A stretch of 64,000 bases of DNA from Alphaproteobacteria bacterium casp-alpha6 (GTDB taxonomy: Bacteria; Pseudomonadota; Alphaproteobacteria; Rhodobacterales; Rhodobacteraceae): the NCBI GenBank assembly GCA_001510135.1, contig LFER01000063.1, forward strand, positions 6,879-70,878. Reading direction: 5' to 3'. Below are positions 29,319 through 40,027 of this stretch, piece by piece; positions within the stretch are counted from its first letter, which is position 1, and the number at the start of each line of letters is the position of its first letter. A program made the position numbers and the translations under genes. The notes under the pieces are model-generated. The model had not been told where the DNA came from. It worked only from the letters and a program-made list of their open reading frames with translations, and did not search any database.

Positions 29319-30409
29319 TCCTGCATTCATACTTTGCAAGACGTTTTTTGATGTGCTGGATACGGGTATTTATTTTGTTTTACCTTTTCAGCTTAATGAT
29401 TGAGATGGCAAATCAGCTGAGATGGCACGCAGATTTAACAGACTTTAAAACTGTTTTTTTCCTTGCGGTACTGAACTCAACAGAAGTGGTATACACGATC
29501 ATGCCGCTTATTATGATTTTTGCGTCAATATGGCTGTTTCTGGCACTGGCGCGCTCCAGTGAATTGGTCGTTGCGCGTGCTTCGGGTCGTTCGGGATTGA
29601 CCTTTCTTTTGGGACCGATCGGGGTAAGCGTTCTTTTGTCCGGCCTAATCCTTATGTTTTTGAACCCGATCGTGGCGTATACCACAGCGCGCTATCTCAC
29701 ACTAAGCCAAGAAATTAAAAACGAAGGGAGATCTGTTTTTTCTATTGGGACAGAAGGGCTCTGGTTGCGACAGGGGGACACCGACGGATATACGGTTGTA
29801 CGGGCCTCCGGTGCAAATGGGGCTGGTTCCGTATTTTACGACGTAACGTTTTATGTTTATGGGAGTGATGGGGAAATTTACAAACGGCTTGCGGCCGATG
29901 TTGCCCGCCTTGGTAATGGCGAGTGGCAACTTTACACGGCTAAGTCCTGGCCATTGTCCAAAGATCAAAATCCTGAAGAAAATGCCTCTGTCCTTGCGTC
30001 AGCGACCCTGCCCACGGATATGACACAGGAACAGGTGCGCGATCGTTTTGAAACCCCTGCGACTGTGCCAATCTGGAATCTTGCCAGCTCCATTCAAAAA
30101 CTGAAGTCTGCCGGATTTTCAGCAAAACGCCATGAAGTCTGGCTTCAAGCAGAATTTGCACGACCTCTTTTTTTAATCTCCATGGTTTTGCTCGGTTCAG
30201 CCTTTTGTATGCGTCATGTCAGATTTGGGGGCACGGGCATTGCTGTTTTAAGCGCAGTGATCTGCGGGTTTGGCTTATTTTATATCAGAAATTTTGCTCA
30301 GGTATTGGGCGAAAGCGGTCAGCTACCTGTTTTGGTCGCGGTCTGGACGCCCCCGTTTGCCTCATTGTTATTGTCACTTAGCATCATTTTGCATATGGAA
30401 GACGGGTGA
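29315..30409 (+). CDS. lptG: LPS export ABC transporter permease LptG
   Basis: 364-aa ORF, ATGA-coupled to lptF. Same YjgP/YjgQ architecture (LHSYFARRFL..). Confidence 0.85.
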   Translation: MILHSYFARRFLMCWIRVFILFYLFSLMIEMANQLRWHADLTDFKTVFFLAVLNSTEVVYTIMPLIMIFASIWLFLALARSSELVVARASGRSGLTFLLGPIGVSVLLSGLILMFLNPIVAYTTARYLTLSQEIKNEGRSVFSIGTEGLWLRQGDTDGYTVVRASGANGAGSVFYDVTFYVYGSDGEIYKRLAADVARLGNGEWQLYTAKSWPLSKDQNPEENASVLASATLPTDMTQEQVRDRFETPATVPIWNLASSIQKLKSAGFSAKRHEVWLQAEFARPLFLISMVLLGSAFCMRHVRFGGTGIAVLSAVICGFGLFYIRNFAQVLGESGQLPVLVAVWTPPFASLLLSLSIILHMEDG

Positions 30410-31131
30410 TGAAGCTATTTGTCAATGTCCTCCTCCTTTACGATATGAATTTATTTTCTGGGGCCTCCATGATTTCAGCTCAAGAGACCCAAACCAGTTC
30501 CGTTATCATGTCAGATACTCTAAGCATTGATGCGGATGGCAATATGATTGCCACAGGGAATGTTCAGGTTTTCCACAGGGATCAAAGATTAAAAGCCCCC
30601 AAAATTATTTTCAGAAAGACACCAGAAGCCGACTTTAACAGCGGATCTGGACTGAGACGAAAATCATCAGACCTTCTGGTCAGCGCCGGATTTGATACTC
30701 AGAACGGCATAACAATTCTTGCGCGCGCACTGCTCAACGAAGATAACGCACCGAATAGGGCGGAGGCTCTATTTGATTATGCAAAGGATAATATCTCTTT
30801 TTCAACGGGTTTTTCCTATCTTCCAGCATCAATCGACGAAGAACGCGAAGAGTCCATTTCAGAGCTCAGGTTGGCGGCAGGATATAAGGTCGGGCAAAAT
30901 TGGACATTCTCAGGTGATACGCGGTATGATATCACCGATGGTCGCGCTGCGCGTGCTGGAATTGGTATTTCATTTGACAATGAGTGCACAACAGTTCACC
31001 TCTCAGCCGCGCGTGAGTTTTCCAAAGCCGGCAGCGCGTCGTCCCTGACGAGCTGGAACCTTATCGCAAGCCTTAAAGGTTTTGGGACTGGCAGCAATCG
31101 AACACCAATTGTAAAGAATTGTGGGGAGTAA
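30409..31131 (+). CDS. lptD: LptD-like protein, drastically shortened (~240 aa); possible in-frame deletion remnant
   Basis: Occupies the lptD position (after lptFG, before surA-pdxA-rsmA) with TGATG coupling to lptG. The N-terminal part ..DTLSIDADGNMIATGNVQVFHRDQRLKAPKIIF.. resembles the OstA/LptD N-domain. The C-terminal part ..YKVGQNWTFSGDTRYDITDGRAARAGIGISFDNECTTVHLSAAREF.. resembles the last LptD barrel strands. The central region is missing. Confidence 0.6.
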   Translation: MKLFVNVLLLYDMNLFSGASMISAQETQTSSVIMSDTLSIDADGNMIATGNVQVFHRDQRLKAPKIIFRKTPEADFNSGSGLRRKSSDLLVSAGFDTQNGITILARALLNEDNAPNRAEALFDYAKDNISFSTGFSYLPASIDEEREESISELRLAAGYKVGQNWTFSGDTRYDITDGRAARAGIGISFDNECTTVHLSAAREFSKAGSASSLTSWNLIASLKGFGTGSNRTPIVKNCGE

Positions 31132-31133
31132 CT

Positions 31134-32333
31134 ATGAAAATATTGTTCAAGACTGTCCATCTTTTAGTTTTTTCAGTTTCAATGTTAGTAACACCAGCTG
31201 TGGCAAAAAACCTTTTTGCGCCAGCAATAACCGTGAATGACAAATCCATCACATATTATGAGATAGGTCAGAGAGAGACACTTTTAAAAGTGCTCAAAGC
31301 TCCCGGCAACCCGAACGCCTTAGCGCGCAAACAACTCATAGAAGACAGATTGAAGGTCTCCGTCGCAGAAGACTTGGGCGTAATGCCGACCGAAGACGAA
31401 ATTTCAAAAGGTATGGACGACTTCAGCGCGCGTGCGCGGCTGGACACAGCATCCTTTATAAACGAGCTCTCGCGCATCGGTGTGGATGAACAAAGCTTTC
31501 GCGACTTTATCGTTGCAGGCATTGCCTGGAGAAACGCCGTTCAAAGCAAATTTGGCGCCAGAAGCCAAGTTTCCGACACCCAGCTTGAACGCACAATTAA
31601 TTCAACCGGATTGGGAGGCGGATTGCGGGTTTTGTTGACGGAAATCATTTTGCCAGCCCCACCTGGTGAAGAAGATGCCGCTCATGAGCTTGCCAAAGAG
31701 CTCTCGAAAATCAAGTCGCAGGATGCTTTCTCCGATGCTGCTCGTCAGTATTCGGTTGCACCTACGCGCACGACTGGTGGTCGCGTTAAATGGCAAAATC
31801 TTGATCAATTGCCACCTGTGCTCAAACCTTTGATTTTTGGTTTGGCTCCCGGTGATGTGACCGATCCGTTGCCCATACCCAATGGGATTGCGATTTTCCA
31901 GCTGCGCGCGATTGAAGAAACAAATTATAAACGCGCCACAGTCGGGACAATTGATTATCTCACATATTCATTTCCTGCCGCAAGTTCAGGCACCTTAGAC
32001 AGCCTGAAAAATGAAATTGATCATTGTGATGATCTATATGGGGTCGCCTCAAAAAATGAGGACCATGTCTTAACCAGATTGGTAGAAAAACCGGAAAAAA
32101 TTAAAAGGGGTTTACTTAAAACTCTGAATACGCTTGATGCGCATGAAAAACACTTTTCTTCGACTGCAGATACTACAACCTTGTTGATGCTTTGCGCACG
32201 CAGCTCTTTTGCTGCCGATGCTGTACCCAATCTTAACGAAATGCGATTTGGATTGCGAAACAAACGTCTGGAAAATTACGCTGAGGGTTTTTTGCAAAAC
32301 CTCTATCAAGACGCTCGGATCATAACGAAATGA
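31134..32333 (+). CDS. surA: SurA-like periplasmic chaperone / peptidylprolyl isomerase
   Basis: Start moved to MKILFKTVHLLVFSVSMLVTPAVA (signal peptide). SurA-N-like domain and a parvulin-like segment. Positioned between lptD and pdxA. Confidence 0.8.
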   Translation: MKILFKTVHLLVFSVSMLVTPAVAKNLFAPAITVNDKSITYYEIGQRETLLKVLKAPGNPNALARKQLIEDRLKVSVAEDLGVMPTEDEISKGMDDFSARARLDTASFINELSRIGVDEQSFRDFIVAGIAWRNAVQSKFGARSQVSDTQLERTINSTGLGGGLRVLLTEIILPAPPGEEDAAHELAKELSKIKSQDAFSDAARQYSVAPTRTTGGRVKWQNLDQLPPVLKPLIFGLAPGDVTDPLPIPNGIAIFQLRAIEETNYKRATVGTIDYLTYSFPAASSGTLDSLKNEIDHCDDLYGVASKNEDHVLTRLVEKPEKIKRGLLKTLNTLDAHEKHFSSTADTTTLLMLCARSSFAADAVPNLNEMRFGLRNKRLENYAEGFLQNLYQDARIITK

Positions 32334-33301
32334 TCCCAAAGCCGGTCGCATTAAGCTGCGGGGAACCTGCGGGGATCGGAAGCGAAATCGCGCTGAAAGC
32401 CTGGCAAGCTCTGCGGACGGAAGAAGTCTTTTTCTGGATGGGGGATCCTGCACATCTGCCGGCAGGAGCGCACTATGAAATCATCGACACCCCTGAAGTT
32501 GCAGCAAAGGTTATGAAGGACGCGCTTCCCGTTTTGGCCTTTGATTTTCCGGAACCAGTTCAGTTCGGGCAACCAAATTCCAAACATGCGCCATTTGTGG
32601 TTGATGTCCTTAAGCAAGGAATAAACCTCGTGCGTTCTGGTCGGGCTGCCGCGCTTTGTACGTTACCCATTCATAAACAAGCCCTGCAGGATGGGGCAGC
32701 ATTTGCTTATCCTGGACATACCGAGTTTCTTGCGGCGTACTCCGGGATCAAACGGCCTGTCATGATGTTGGCTGGGCCAGAATTAAAAGTCGTGCCCGCA
32801 ACGATCCACATTCCGCTCTCAGACGTGCCAAGAGCCCTAAATAAGACGGATTTAGAAGAGGTTATTGTTATCACGCACGAGGGATTAAAGACGTATTTTC
32901 AAATACCGCACCCACGCATTGTCGTTGCAGGTTTAAATCCTCATGCCGGTGAAAATGGCAAATTCGGACAAGAAGATATTGAGATCATTCAACCGGTAAT
33001 CAAAAGGCTGCAACAAAAGGGGCTTGATATTTCAGGGCCCCACTCGGCGGATACTTTGTTTCACAAAGCGGCGCGGGAAAGATATGATGCTGCAGTGGCA
33101 ATGTATCATGATCAGGCCCTCATTCCAATTAAGACCATTGATTTTGACAATGGTGTCAACCTCACCTTGGGCTTGCCGTTTATAAGAACTTCACCAGATC
33201 ATGGAACGGCTCTGGATATTGCCGGACAGGGAAAGGCTAATCCAACCTCAACAATTGAAGCCATCAAATTAGCAGCGCGTTTAGGGGCCGCGAATGATTG
33301 A
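32330..33301 (+). CDS. pdxA: 4-hydroxythreonine-4-phosphate dehydrogenase
   Basis: 323-aa ORF. ..GEPAGIG.E.., ..GHTEFLA.., ..GLNPHAGE.., ..HDQALIP.. and ..RTSPDHGTA.. motifs of PdxA. Confidence 0.93.
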   Translation: MIPKPVALSCGEPAGIGSEIALKAWQALRTEEVFFWMGDPAHLPAGAHYEIIDTPEVAAKVMKDALPVLAFDFPEPVQFGQPNSKHAPFVVDVLKQGINLVRSGRAAALCTLPIHKQALQDGAAFAYPGHTEFLAAYSGIKRPVMMLAGPELKVVPATIHIPLSDVPRALNKTDLEEVIVITHEGLKTYFQIPHPRIVVAGLNPHAGENGKFGQEDIEIIQPVIKRLQQKGLDISGPHSADTLFHKAARERYDAAVAMYHDQALIPIKTIDFDNGVNLTLGLPFIRTSPDHGTALDIAGQGKANPTSTIEAIKLAARLGAAND

Positions 33302-34121
33302 TCAACTTCCTCCTTTGAGAGAGGTCATCGCACAGCACAATTTAAGCGCCCAGAAATCATTGGGTCAGAATTTCCTTTTGGATCTTAATCTCACGTCAAA
33401 AATTGCCCGTCAGGCAGGGGATTTAACCCAATCTGACGTGCTTGAAATTGGACCTGGCCCCGGGGGATTGACCAGAGGTCTTTTGGCAGAAGGCGCGCGC
33501 CGGGTGATTGCGATAGAAAAAGACCGACGTTGCATTGCGGCGCTTGAGGATATTCAAAAAGCCTACCCCGATCGTTTAGAAATATTGGAGGGCGATGCGC
33601 TCTCGATCAATCCACTAGAGCGCCTTACCGGACCGGTAAAAGTGGTGGCGAACCTGCCATATAACGTCGGTACCGAGTTACTGATCCGCTGGCTTACGCC
33701 CACGCGTTGGCCGCCATTTTGGACAAGCCTAACATTGATGTTTCAAAAAGAGGTGGCCGAACGAATTGTGGCGCCTGTTGCGTCCAAAGCCTATGGGCGT
33801 CTTGCCCTTCTTTCGCAGTGGCGCACAGATGCAAATATTGTGATGAATTTACCTCCCTCTGCATTTACACCGCCTCCGAAGGTCAGCAGCGCAGTGGTTC
33901 ATTTGACAGCACTCAATGCACCGCGGTTTGAAGCAGAGGCAGCTGTCCTCGAAAAGACCGTAGCCAAAGCGTTCAATCAGCGGCGTAAAATGCTGCGATC
34001 CTCTTTGAAAGGGTTAACTCCGGATCTTGAAGAAAAACTCAATGCTGCAGGGATTTCACCAACTCTGCGTGCAGAGCAAGTTTCGTTGGAACAGTTTTGC
34101 GCCCTAGCGCGGCTATGTTAG
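33294..34121 (+). CDS. rsmA: 16S rRNA (adenine1518/1519-N6)-dimethyltransferase
   Basis: 275-aa ORF. ..KSLGQNFL.D.. and SAM motif [10 protein letters not shown], then ..NLPYNV... Confidence 0.94.
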   Translation: MIDQLPPLREVIAQHNLSAQKSLGQNFLLDLNLTSKIARQAGDLTQSDVLEIGPGPGGLTRGLLAEGARRVIAIEKDRRCIAALEDIQKAYPDRLEILEGDALSINPLERLTGPVKVVANLPYNVGTELLIRWLTPTRWPPFWTSLTLMFQKEVAERIVAPVASKAYGRLALLSQWRTDANIVMNLPPSAFTPPPKVSSAVVHLTALNAPRFEAEAAVLEKTVAKAFNQRRKMLRSSLKGLTPDLEEKLNAAGISPTLRAEQVSLEQFCALARLC

Positions 34122-34156
34122 CTGGCAATTAGAAAGCCTTCAGCCGGTCTAGATGT

Positions 34157-34780
34157 TCAAGCGACATTCTGGGATGTCTCATCAGAGGATGAGGCTGCTG
34201 GCTGATGCTCTTCTGTCTCTGCAGGCGTGTCATCTTCAGCCTTTTTCGACTTCACAGGTTTACGACGTGGTTTTCGCACCGGCTTTTTATCGTCGTCGGA
34301 TTTTTCCGCTGGTTCATCATCTCGGCTCTCAGGCGTCTCAATGAGACCAAGTTTATCATCAGACATTAACATTGATCGCACTTGCGGTTGTTCGCTTTGC
34401 GCCAAATCATCAATGAATTCATCCGTTATGGGCATGTCGTCTTCTGCGTCATACTTTCTTTCTGACCGTTCGCGGTCCCGCTCCGCTTGACGTTCACGGT
34501 TTTCCCGCTCCATCTGTTCGCGGCGCGCATCTTGCTCTTTCATCGCCATGCCAAGCATGCGTTGATAATGTTCGGCATGTTGTTGAAAGTTCTCTGCAGC
34601 CACACGATCATTTGAAAGCTGTGCATCCCGCGCAAGCTGATTGTATTTTTCAATAATCTGCTGCGGAGTTCCGCGCACCTTGCCTTCGGGACCTGAGCTG
34701 TCAAACACACGATTGACGACATTGCCAACTGAACGATTACGGTTCTGCTTTGACCGTGTACGGGTTTTAGAGGTTCTCAT
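34157..34780 (-). CDS. DUF4167 domain-containing protein
   Basis: 207-aa ORF. Basic N-terminus ..NRVFDSSGPEGKVRGTPQQIIEKYNQLARDA..AENFQQHAEHY.. is characteristic of DUF4167, followed by a charged low-complexity tail. Confidence 0.8.
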   Translation of the reverse strand: MRTSKTRTRSKQNRNRSVGNVVNRVFDSSGPEGKVRGTPQQIIEKYNQLARDAQLSNDRVAAENFQQHAEHYQRMLGMAMKEQDARREQMERENRERQAERDRERSERKYDAEDDMPITDEFIDDLAQSEQPQVRSMLMSDDKLGLIETPESRDDEPAEKSDDDKKPVRKPRRKPVKSKKAEDDTPAETEEHQPAASSSDETSQNVA

Positions 34781-35002
34781 AGGTAGCTTTCTAGCCGTCT
34801 TTTTAAAGCGTTCTCACAATCGTTCGGTCCAAGCCAAAGGTGTTTAGAATGCTGTGCTGGTTTAAAGTGTGGCGCCGTGGTTATACCCTACGCCCGACAA
34901 CGTCCTCTAAATAGACCGTTTAACCGGTGAGTTTCAAGGGTTTTTGCAATAAAATTTGTTAAAAATTATCATGGGGGCGACAGGTGCGTCATATGTGCCA
35001 CT

Positions 35003-35836
35003 CTAAGTGGGCGACCGGCAGCTGACGACACGATCCTTTCTATCCAAATCCTGATGAACAGCGATGTCAATATACCCCTGCTCTTGTAAAATCTGCGACA
35101 CCGCACTGGCTTGCCGGTGACCTATTTCAAACAAAAGCCTCCCGCCCGCGACCAGATAGTTTTTTGCCTGCGCAGAAATGGTTCGATAAGCGCTAAGACC
35201 ATCTGGCCCCGCAAATAGCGCAAGTGAAGGATCATGATTTTTGACTTCTCTGGAAAGTAAGGCCATTTCTCCTTCCGAAATATAAGGCGGATTTGACACA
35301 ATGAGATCAAATTGCCCTTCCAAGGAATGAAACCAGTCTGAATTTACGAATTGGCAACGTTGGATCACACCAAGTTTGATCGCATTCTGTCGGGCGACGT
35401 CCAAGGCCGTTTTCGAAAGATCGCTCGCAACGAGTTGGGCATCTGGCCATTCCGACGCAAGCGTTAGTCCGATCGCGCCAGAGCCCGTTCCAAGATCTAA
35501 AACAAATTTGCCAGGTTTTTGAAGCGCCAATGCAATCAGTGTTTCAGTGTCACCGCGCGGATCCAGCACATCGTCATTGATTAAAAATTCCCGTCCCCAG
35601 AACAACCGCTTCCCCAGAATACGCGAGACCGGCCATCCAGCGATTCGTCTTTGAAGCAAATGGTTAACTTTTTGGATCTGTTCTTTGCCTGCTAAATACT
35701 CACTTGAAATGGTCAGGCGATCAGCTGGGATCCCAACGCCAAAGGATACGAGAGCGCGAGCATCTCGCTCTGGATTCATGATTTCATTTTCCCTAAGCTT
35801 TGATACTGCTTCGGCAAAAATCTCTCGCAGCTTCAT
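35003..35836 (-). CDS. prmC: release factor glutamine N5-methyltransferase
   Basis: 277-aa ORF. SAM motif [11 protein letters not shown] and the NPPY motif (IVSNPPYI). 4-nt overlap with prfA. Confidence 0.92.
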   Translation of the reverse strand: MKLREIFAEAVSKLRENEIMNPERDARALVSFGVGIPADRLTISSEYLAGKEQIQKVNHLLQRRIAGWPVSRILGKRLFWGREFLINDDVLDPRGDTETLIALALQKPGKFVLDLGTGSGAIGLTLASEWPDAQLVASDLSKTALDVARQNAIKLGVIQRCQFVNSDWFHSLEGQFDLIVSNPPYISEGEMALLSREVKNHDPSLALFAGPDGLSAYRTISAQAKNYLVAGGRLLFEIGHRQASAVSQILQEQGYIDIAVHQDLDRKDRVVSCRSPT

Positions 35837-36888
35837 CCGTTCAACTCAGCCAAAAGGCTCGCCTGTGCGTCCGCAATCAAAGCGTCAATCATTTCATCCA
35901 GATCACCCTGCATCACTTGGTCAAGTTTATAAAGTGTCAGATTTATACGATGATCAGACATGCGTCCTTGAGGAAAGTTATAGGTTCTGATCCGCTCTGA
36001 CCTGTCTCCAGAGCCAACCTGCGATTTACGTTCGGCAGAACGTTCTTGATCAGCGCGTTGGCGTTCCATATCAAAAAGGCGGGTTTTCAAAACCTGCATC
36101 GCGATTTCGCGATTGCGGTGCTGGGATTTTTCGGAACTGGTCACGACAAGACCGGTGGGCAAATGTGTGATCCGGACTGCACTATCCGTGGTGTTCACGT
36201 GCTGTCCACCCGCGCCAGAGCTGCGCATGGTATCAATGCGAAGATCATTGGGGTCAAGGTGAATGTCCACGTCTTCGGCTTCCGGAAGAACCGCAACAGT
36301 GGCGGCGGATGTGTGAATTCGGCCCCCGCTTTCGGTTTCGGGTACGCGTTGCACACGATGCACACCACTTTCATATTTAAGGCGGGCAAATACCCCCTCT
36401 CCTTTTACATGAGCGACCACTTCCTTGATACCACCCAATTCGGTTTGCTGTTCTTCGATAATCTCAAAATTCCAGCCGGATGTTTCTGCATAACGCTGAT
36501 ACATCCGCAGAAGGTCTCCGGCAAATAATGCAGCCTCTTCTCCACCAGTACCGGGACGAATTTCAAGAATGGCTGGTCTCGCATCTGCGGCATCCTTGGG
36601 CAGCAGGGCGATCTGAAGATCCTTTTCAATTTCGGGCAGACGTGCCCTAAGTAACGGAAGCTCCTCTTCGGCAAGGGCGCGCATATCCGCATCATCGAGC
36701 ATCGCATGCGCCTCTTCAATATCGCTGAGGACACGGAGATATTCCTCTATCTGCTCAATCACGGGTCTTAATTCAGAATATTCTTTGGCAAGGCGAGCAA
36801 TATCTTCGCCAGCCAGTCCATCATTCATCTTAGCTTCCAAAAACTGAAAGCGTTGTCGAATTAGTTCAAGTTTTTCTAAAGGCACCAT
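35833..36888 (-). CDS. prfA: peptide chain release factor 1
   Basis: 351-aa ORF. PxT-type recognition region and GGQ motif ([25 protein letters not shown]). Confidence 0.96.
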   Translation of the reverse strand: MVPLEKLELIRQRFQFLEAKMNDGLAGEDIARLAKEYSELRPVIEQIEEYLRVLSDIEEAHAMLDDADMRALAEEELPLLRARLPEIEKDLQIALLPKDAADARPAILEIRPGTGGEEAALFAGDLLRMYQRYAETSGWNFEIIEEQQTELGGIKEVVAHVKGEGVFARLKYESGVHRVQRVPETESGGRIHTSAATVAVLPEAEDVDIHLDPNDLRIDTMRSSGAGGQHVNTTDSAVRITHLPTGLVVTSSEKSQHRNREIAMQVLKTRLFDMERQRADQERSAERKSQVGSGDRSERIRTYNFPQGRMSDHRINLTLYKLDQVMQGDLDEMIDALIADAQASLLAELNG

Positions 36889-36934
36889 GGTGTTTCATCT
36901 GATCTATTGTGCTGAATTGGTCAAGGGTCCGCCC

Positions 36935-37939
36935 CTATGCCTTATTCAATTGCGCCGCGGCCCAGAGGCAAATCAACTCTACCGCGACATGCGCGCCAGC
37001 AATTGCAGTCGCCCCAGTCGGATCAAAAGGAGGTGAGACTTCGACCACATCGCCCCCCACCATATTTATTCCCGAAAGACCACGCAAAAGGGCCGCAGCC
37101 TGCGCAGACGATAGCCCCCCCCAAACCGGCGTTCCTGTTCCCGGCGCAAAGGCTGGATCAAGACAATCTATGTCAAAAGTCACATATGTTTTATGATCAC
37201 CCAAGATACCTTTGATTTTTTCGACCGCAGCCCGTGTCCCCATTTCATGCATCTCGGGCGCATCGATAATATGCACTCCAAGCGGATCTTCATTTGTTGT
37301 TCTGATCCCAACCTGAACCGATCTTTTAGGATCAATAAGACCCATTTTTACGGCTTTATAAAACATCGTGCCGTGGTCAATGCGATCCATATCATCGTCC
37401 GGCCAAGTGTCTGAATGCGCGTCAAATTGCAAAAGAGACAGAGGGCCATATTTTTCCGCATAGGCCTGTAGAATTGGAAACGTTATGTAATGATCTCCTC
37501 CGATCGTCAGGCTTGCCACATTCGCATCCAATATCCCTTTGATATGGGCTTTCAGAGCAGCTGGAAATGACGGTGTATGGGCGTAGTCAAAGGCAACATC
37601 TCCATAATCAATGATAGCATGAGTGCTAAAGGGGTCCACGCTCCAGCCATAGGGGGGATCAAATGTCTGAAGCGTACTTGCTTCTCGCACAGCGCGCGGG
37701 CCCAGGCGCGTTCCGGGCCGGTTTGTTACAGCCTGATCAAAAGCCACACCCGTCACAGCCAGATCTACTCCGGCGAGGTCTTTGGTATATTTGCGCCGCA
37801 TAAAGGAAGTCGCGCCAGCAAAGGCACTTTCATAACTTAATCCGCGAAGCTCTGTGCGGGTAAATGCATCATCTATCATGTGCTTGGCATTGCCCAAACT
37901 CATGGTGTTGCCAGACTTGGCATCCGTCATTTCAGTCAC
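36935..37939 (-). CDS. speB: agmatinase / ureohydrolase family protein
   Basis: 334-aa ORF with arginase-family metal-ligand motifs ..GGDH.., ..DAHSD.. and ..DIDCLDP... Exact substrate (agmatine versus guanidino acids) cannot be assigned from sequence reading. Confidence 0.8.
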   Translation of the reverse strand: MTEMTDAKSGNTMSLGNAKHMIDDAFTRTELRGLSYESAFAGATSFMRRKYTKDLAGVDLAVTGVAFDQAVTNRPGTRLGPRAVREASTLQTFDPPYGWSVDPFSTHAIIDYGDVAFDYAHTPSFPAALKAHIKGILDANVASLTIGGDHYITFPILQAYAEKYGPLSLLQFDAHSDTWPDDDMDRIDHGTMFYKAVKMGLIDPKRSVQVGIRTTNEDPLGVHIIDAPEMHEMGTRAAVEKIKGILGDHKTYVTFDIDCLDPAFAPGTGTPVWGGLSSAQAAALLRGLSGINMVGGDVVEVSPPFDPTGATAIAGAHVAVELICLWAAAQLNKA

Positions 37940-37948
37940 TTTCTATTC

Positions 37949-39121
37949 CTAAGATAAAGGTTGTGCTTTTTCCACAAGACGTGCAAAAAACGATGCGCCA
38001 AAGGGTGCTGCAGCGTCATTGAAATCATAATTTGGGTTATGAAGGCCCGGACCCTCGCCAATCCCAAGAAACAGATATGCGCCCGGTCGCTCGTTCAGCA
38101 TATAAGAAAAATCTTCTGCACCCATTTCGAGTCCCTGGTTTGCATCCGCGTTGCCTTGACCTGCAACCTCTTCGGCAACAGAAATAGCAAAGGCGGATTT
38201 ATCCGCATCATTGATAGTCGCAGGATAGCCTTCATCATATCGCAACGTCGCCTCTACTCCAAAACTGGCGGCATGTCCTGCAACAATCTCGCTCATACGA
38301 CGTTTGACAAGGGATTGGACGTCCTTGCTGAAACTGCGCACTGTTCCATTCATATAGGCTTGTTCCGGAATAATATTGTCGACAGTGCCCGTATGGATTT
38401 GCGTTACAGAAATCACCACCATTTCGGTCGGATCAACATTGCGAGAAACAATAGATTGAAAGGCCTGTGCAATCGAAACTGCGGTCATCACGGGATCGGC
38501 TGACTGATGCGGATATGCGCCATGTCCCCCTGTGCCTTTGATATCCACATGAAATGCATCAGCGCCAGCCATGATGGCACCGGGCGTCGTATAAAACCGC
38601 CCCAGCGGGGTGTCAGGTGTATTATGAATTGCATACACTTGCGAAATATCGAACCTATCCATGATGCCTTCGTTTACCATGATTTCCGCACCGCCGTAAT
38701 TTTCTTCGGCGGGCTGAAAAATCAGGGCCACTCGGCCCGAAAAATTGCGCGTTTCGGCAAGATATTTTGCCGCCCCGAGCAACATAGTGGTATGCCCGTC
38801 ATGTCCACAGGCATGCATCAGCCCTGTTTTTTCAGAAGCCCAGGAAACACCGCTTGTTTCGCTCAACGGAAGCGCGTCCATATCCGCGCGAAGTCCTATT
38901 GTGGGGCCGGCTCCCTGCCCTTCGATAATCGCGACAACGCCGGAGGTTGCGATACCAGTGTGAATATCAGTCACACCAAAGCTTTGCAGTTTTTCCACGA
39001 CAAAGCGGGCCGTCTCGTGACACTCCAGACCATGCTCAGGATTGCGATGAAGATGTTGGCGCCAAGCGGTCATTTCCTCGGCAAATCCGGCTATGCGATT
39101 GATAACTGGCATGGTAAGCAC
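37949..39121 (-). CDS. M20 family amidohydrolase (hippurate hydrolase / N-acyl-amino-acid amidohydrolase type)
   Basis: 390-aa ORF. ..LRADMDALP.., ..MHACGHDGH.. and ..FQPAEE.. are typical of the M20D subfamily. Confidence 0.87.
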   Translation of the reverse strand: MLTMPVINRIAGFAEEMTAWRQHLHRNPEHGLECHETARFVVEKLQSFGVTDIHTGIATSGVVAIIEGQGAGPTIGLRADMDALPLSETSGVSWASEKTGLMHACGHDGHTTMLLGAAKYLAETRNFSGRVALIFQPAEENYGGAEIMVNEGIMDRFDISQVYAIHNTPDTPLGRFYTTPGAIMAGADAFHVDIKGTGGHGAYPHQSADPVMTAVSIAQAFQSIVSRNVDPTEMVVISVTQIHTGTVDNIIPEQAYMNGTVRSFSKDVQSLVKRRMSEIVAGHAASFGVEATLRYDEGYPATINDADKSAFAISVAEEVAGQGNADANQGLEMGAEDFSYMLNERPGAYLFLGIGEGPGLHNPNYDFNDAAAPFGASFFARLVEKAQPLS

Positions 39122-39172
39122 TCTTTCAATTTGTTAACCATCCTATCTCACCCTAAGTTTAGGAGGCATGCA

Positions 39173-39991
39173 ATGGGGTATGACGAAAAACTCATCCATG
39201 ATCCAAACGCGGGAATGGAGCGATTATTGGAAATTATGCGTGCTCTACGCGATCCCGAATGCGGGTGTCCATGGGATATTGAACAAGATTTTAGCACTAT
39301 TGCCCCATATACGATCGAAGAAGCCTACGAAGTTGCAGATGCGATTGAACAGAAAAACTGGGGTGAACTGAAATCCGAGTTGGGAGATTTACTGCTTCAG
39401 ACAGTATACCACACCCAAATGGCCACTGAAGAAGGGCTTTTCTCTTTTGATGAAGTGGTGAACGCAATAAGCGATAAAATGGTTGCGCGCCATCCACATG
39501 TTTTTGGACCAGAGAGCCGGAACAAAACCGCAGATCAGCAAGTGAATGATTGGGAACGTATCAAAGCAGCTGAACGCGCATCGAAGGCCCAAAAAGGGGT
39601 TCTGGATGATGTCGCCCTGTCCCTTCCAGCATTAACGCGCGCCTTGAAATTGCAAAAAAGGGCGGCGCGGGTTGGTTTTGATTGGCCTGAGATTTCATCA
39701 GTTATAGATAAGATTGCCGAGGAAACGAAAGAACTTGTTGAGGCGCAAAAGCAGAAAGACGCAGATCACATGAAAGAGGAATTTGGTGATTTGCTGTTTG
39801 TTCTGGTTAATCTTGGACGCCATATGCAAATCGACGCGGAAGAGGCTTTGCGGGGCGCAAATGCAAAATTCACCCGCCGCTTTAAATACATTGAGGAGGC
39901 GCTTCGCAAAAAAAATAAGCAGCCGGATGAAGCGAGCCTTGAGGAAATGGATGATCTTTGGAATGCCGCAAAAGATGAGGAACGCAGATGA
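39173..39991 (+). CDS. mazG: nucleoside triphosphate pyrophosphohydrolase MazG
   Basis: The track ORF 38507..39991 is mostly antisense to the M20 gene. The real start is ATG 39173, 6 nt after AGGAGG (39161-39166). Product MGYDEKL..LRDPECGCPWDIEQDFSTIAPYTIEEAYEVADAI.. with the second MazG repeat ..EEFGDLLFVLVNL... Confidence 0.9.
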   Translation: MGYDEKLIHDPNAGMERLLEIMRALRDPECGCPWDIEQDFSTIAPYTIEEAYEVADAIEQKNWGELKSELGDLLLQTVYHTQMATEEGLFSFDEVVNAISDKMVARHPHVFGPESRNKTADQQVNDWERIKAAERASKAQKGVLDDVALSLPALTRALKLQKRAARVGFDWPEISSVIDKIAEETKELVEAQKQKDADHMKEEFGDLLFVLVNLGRHMQIDAEEALRGANAKFTRRFKYIEEALRKKNKQPDEASLEEMDDLWNAAKDEERR

Positions 39992-40027
39992 AGGCTTTAG
40001 ATTGGCATTTGCTGCGCCATATCAAAG

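Noticed and set aside
38507-39172. N-terminal 222 codons of the 494-aa track ORF that ends as MazG
   Set aside because: This part is antisense to the M20 amidohydrolase and has no protein-like features. MazG homology begins at ATG 39173, which has an AGGAGG SD.
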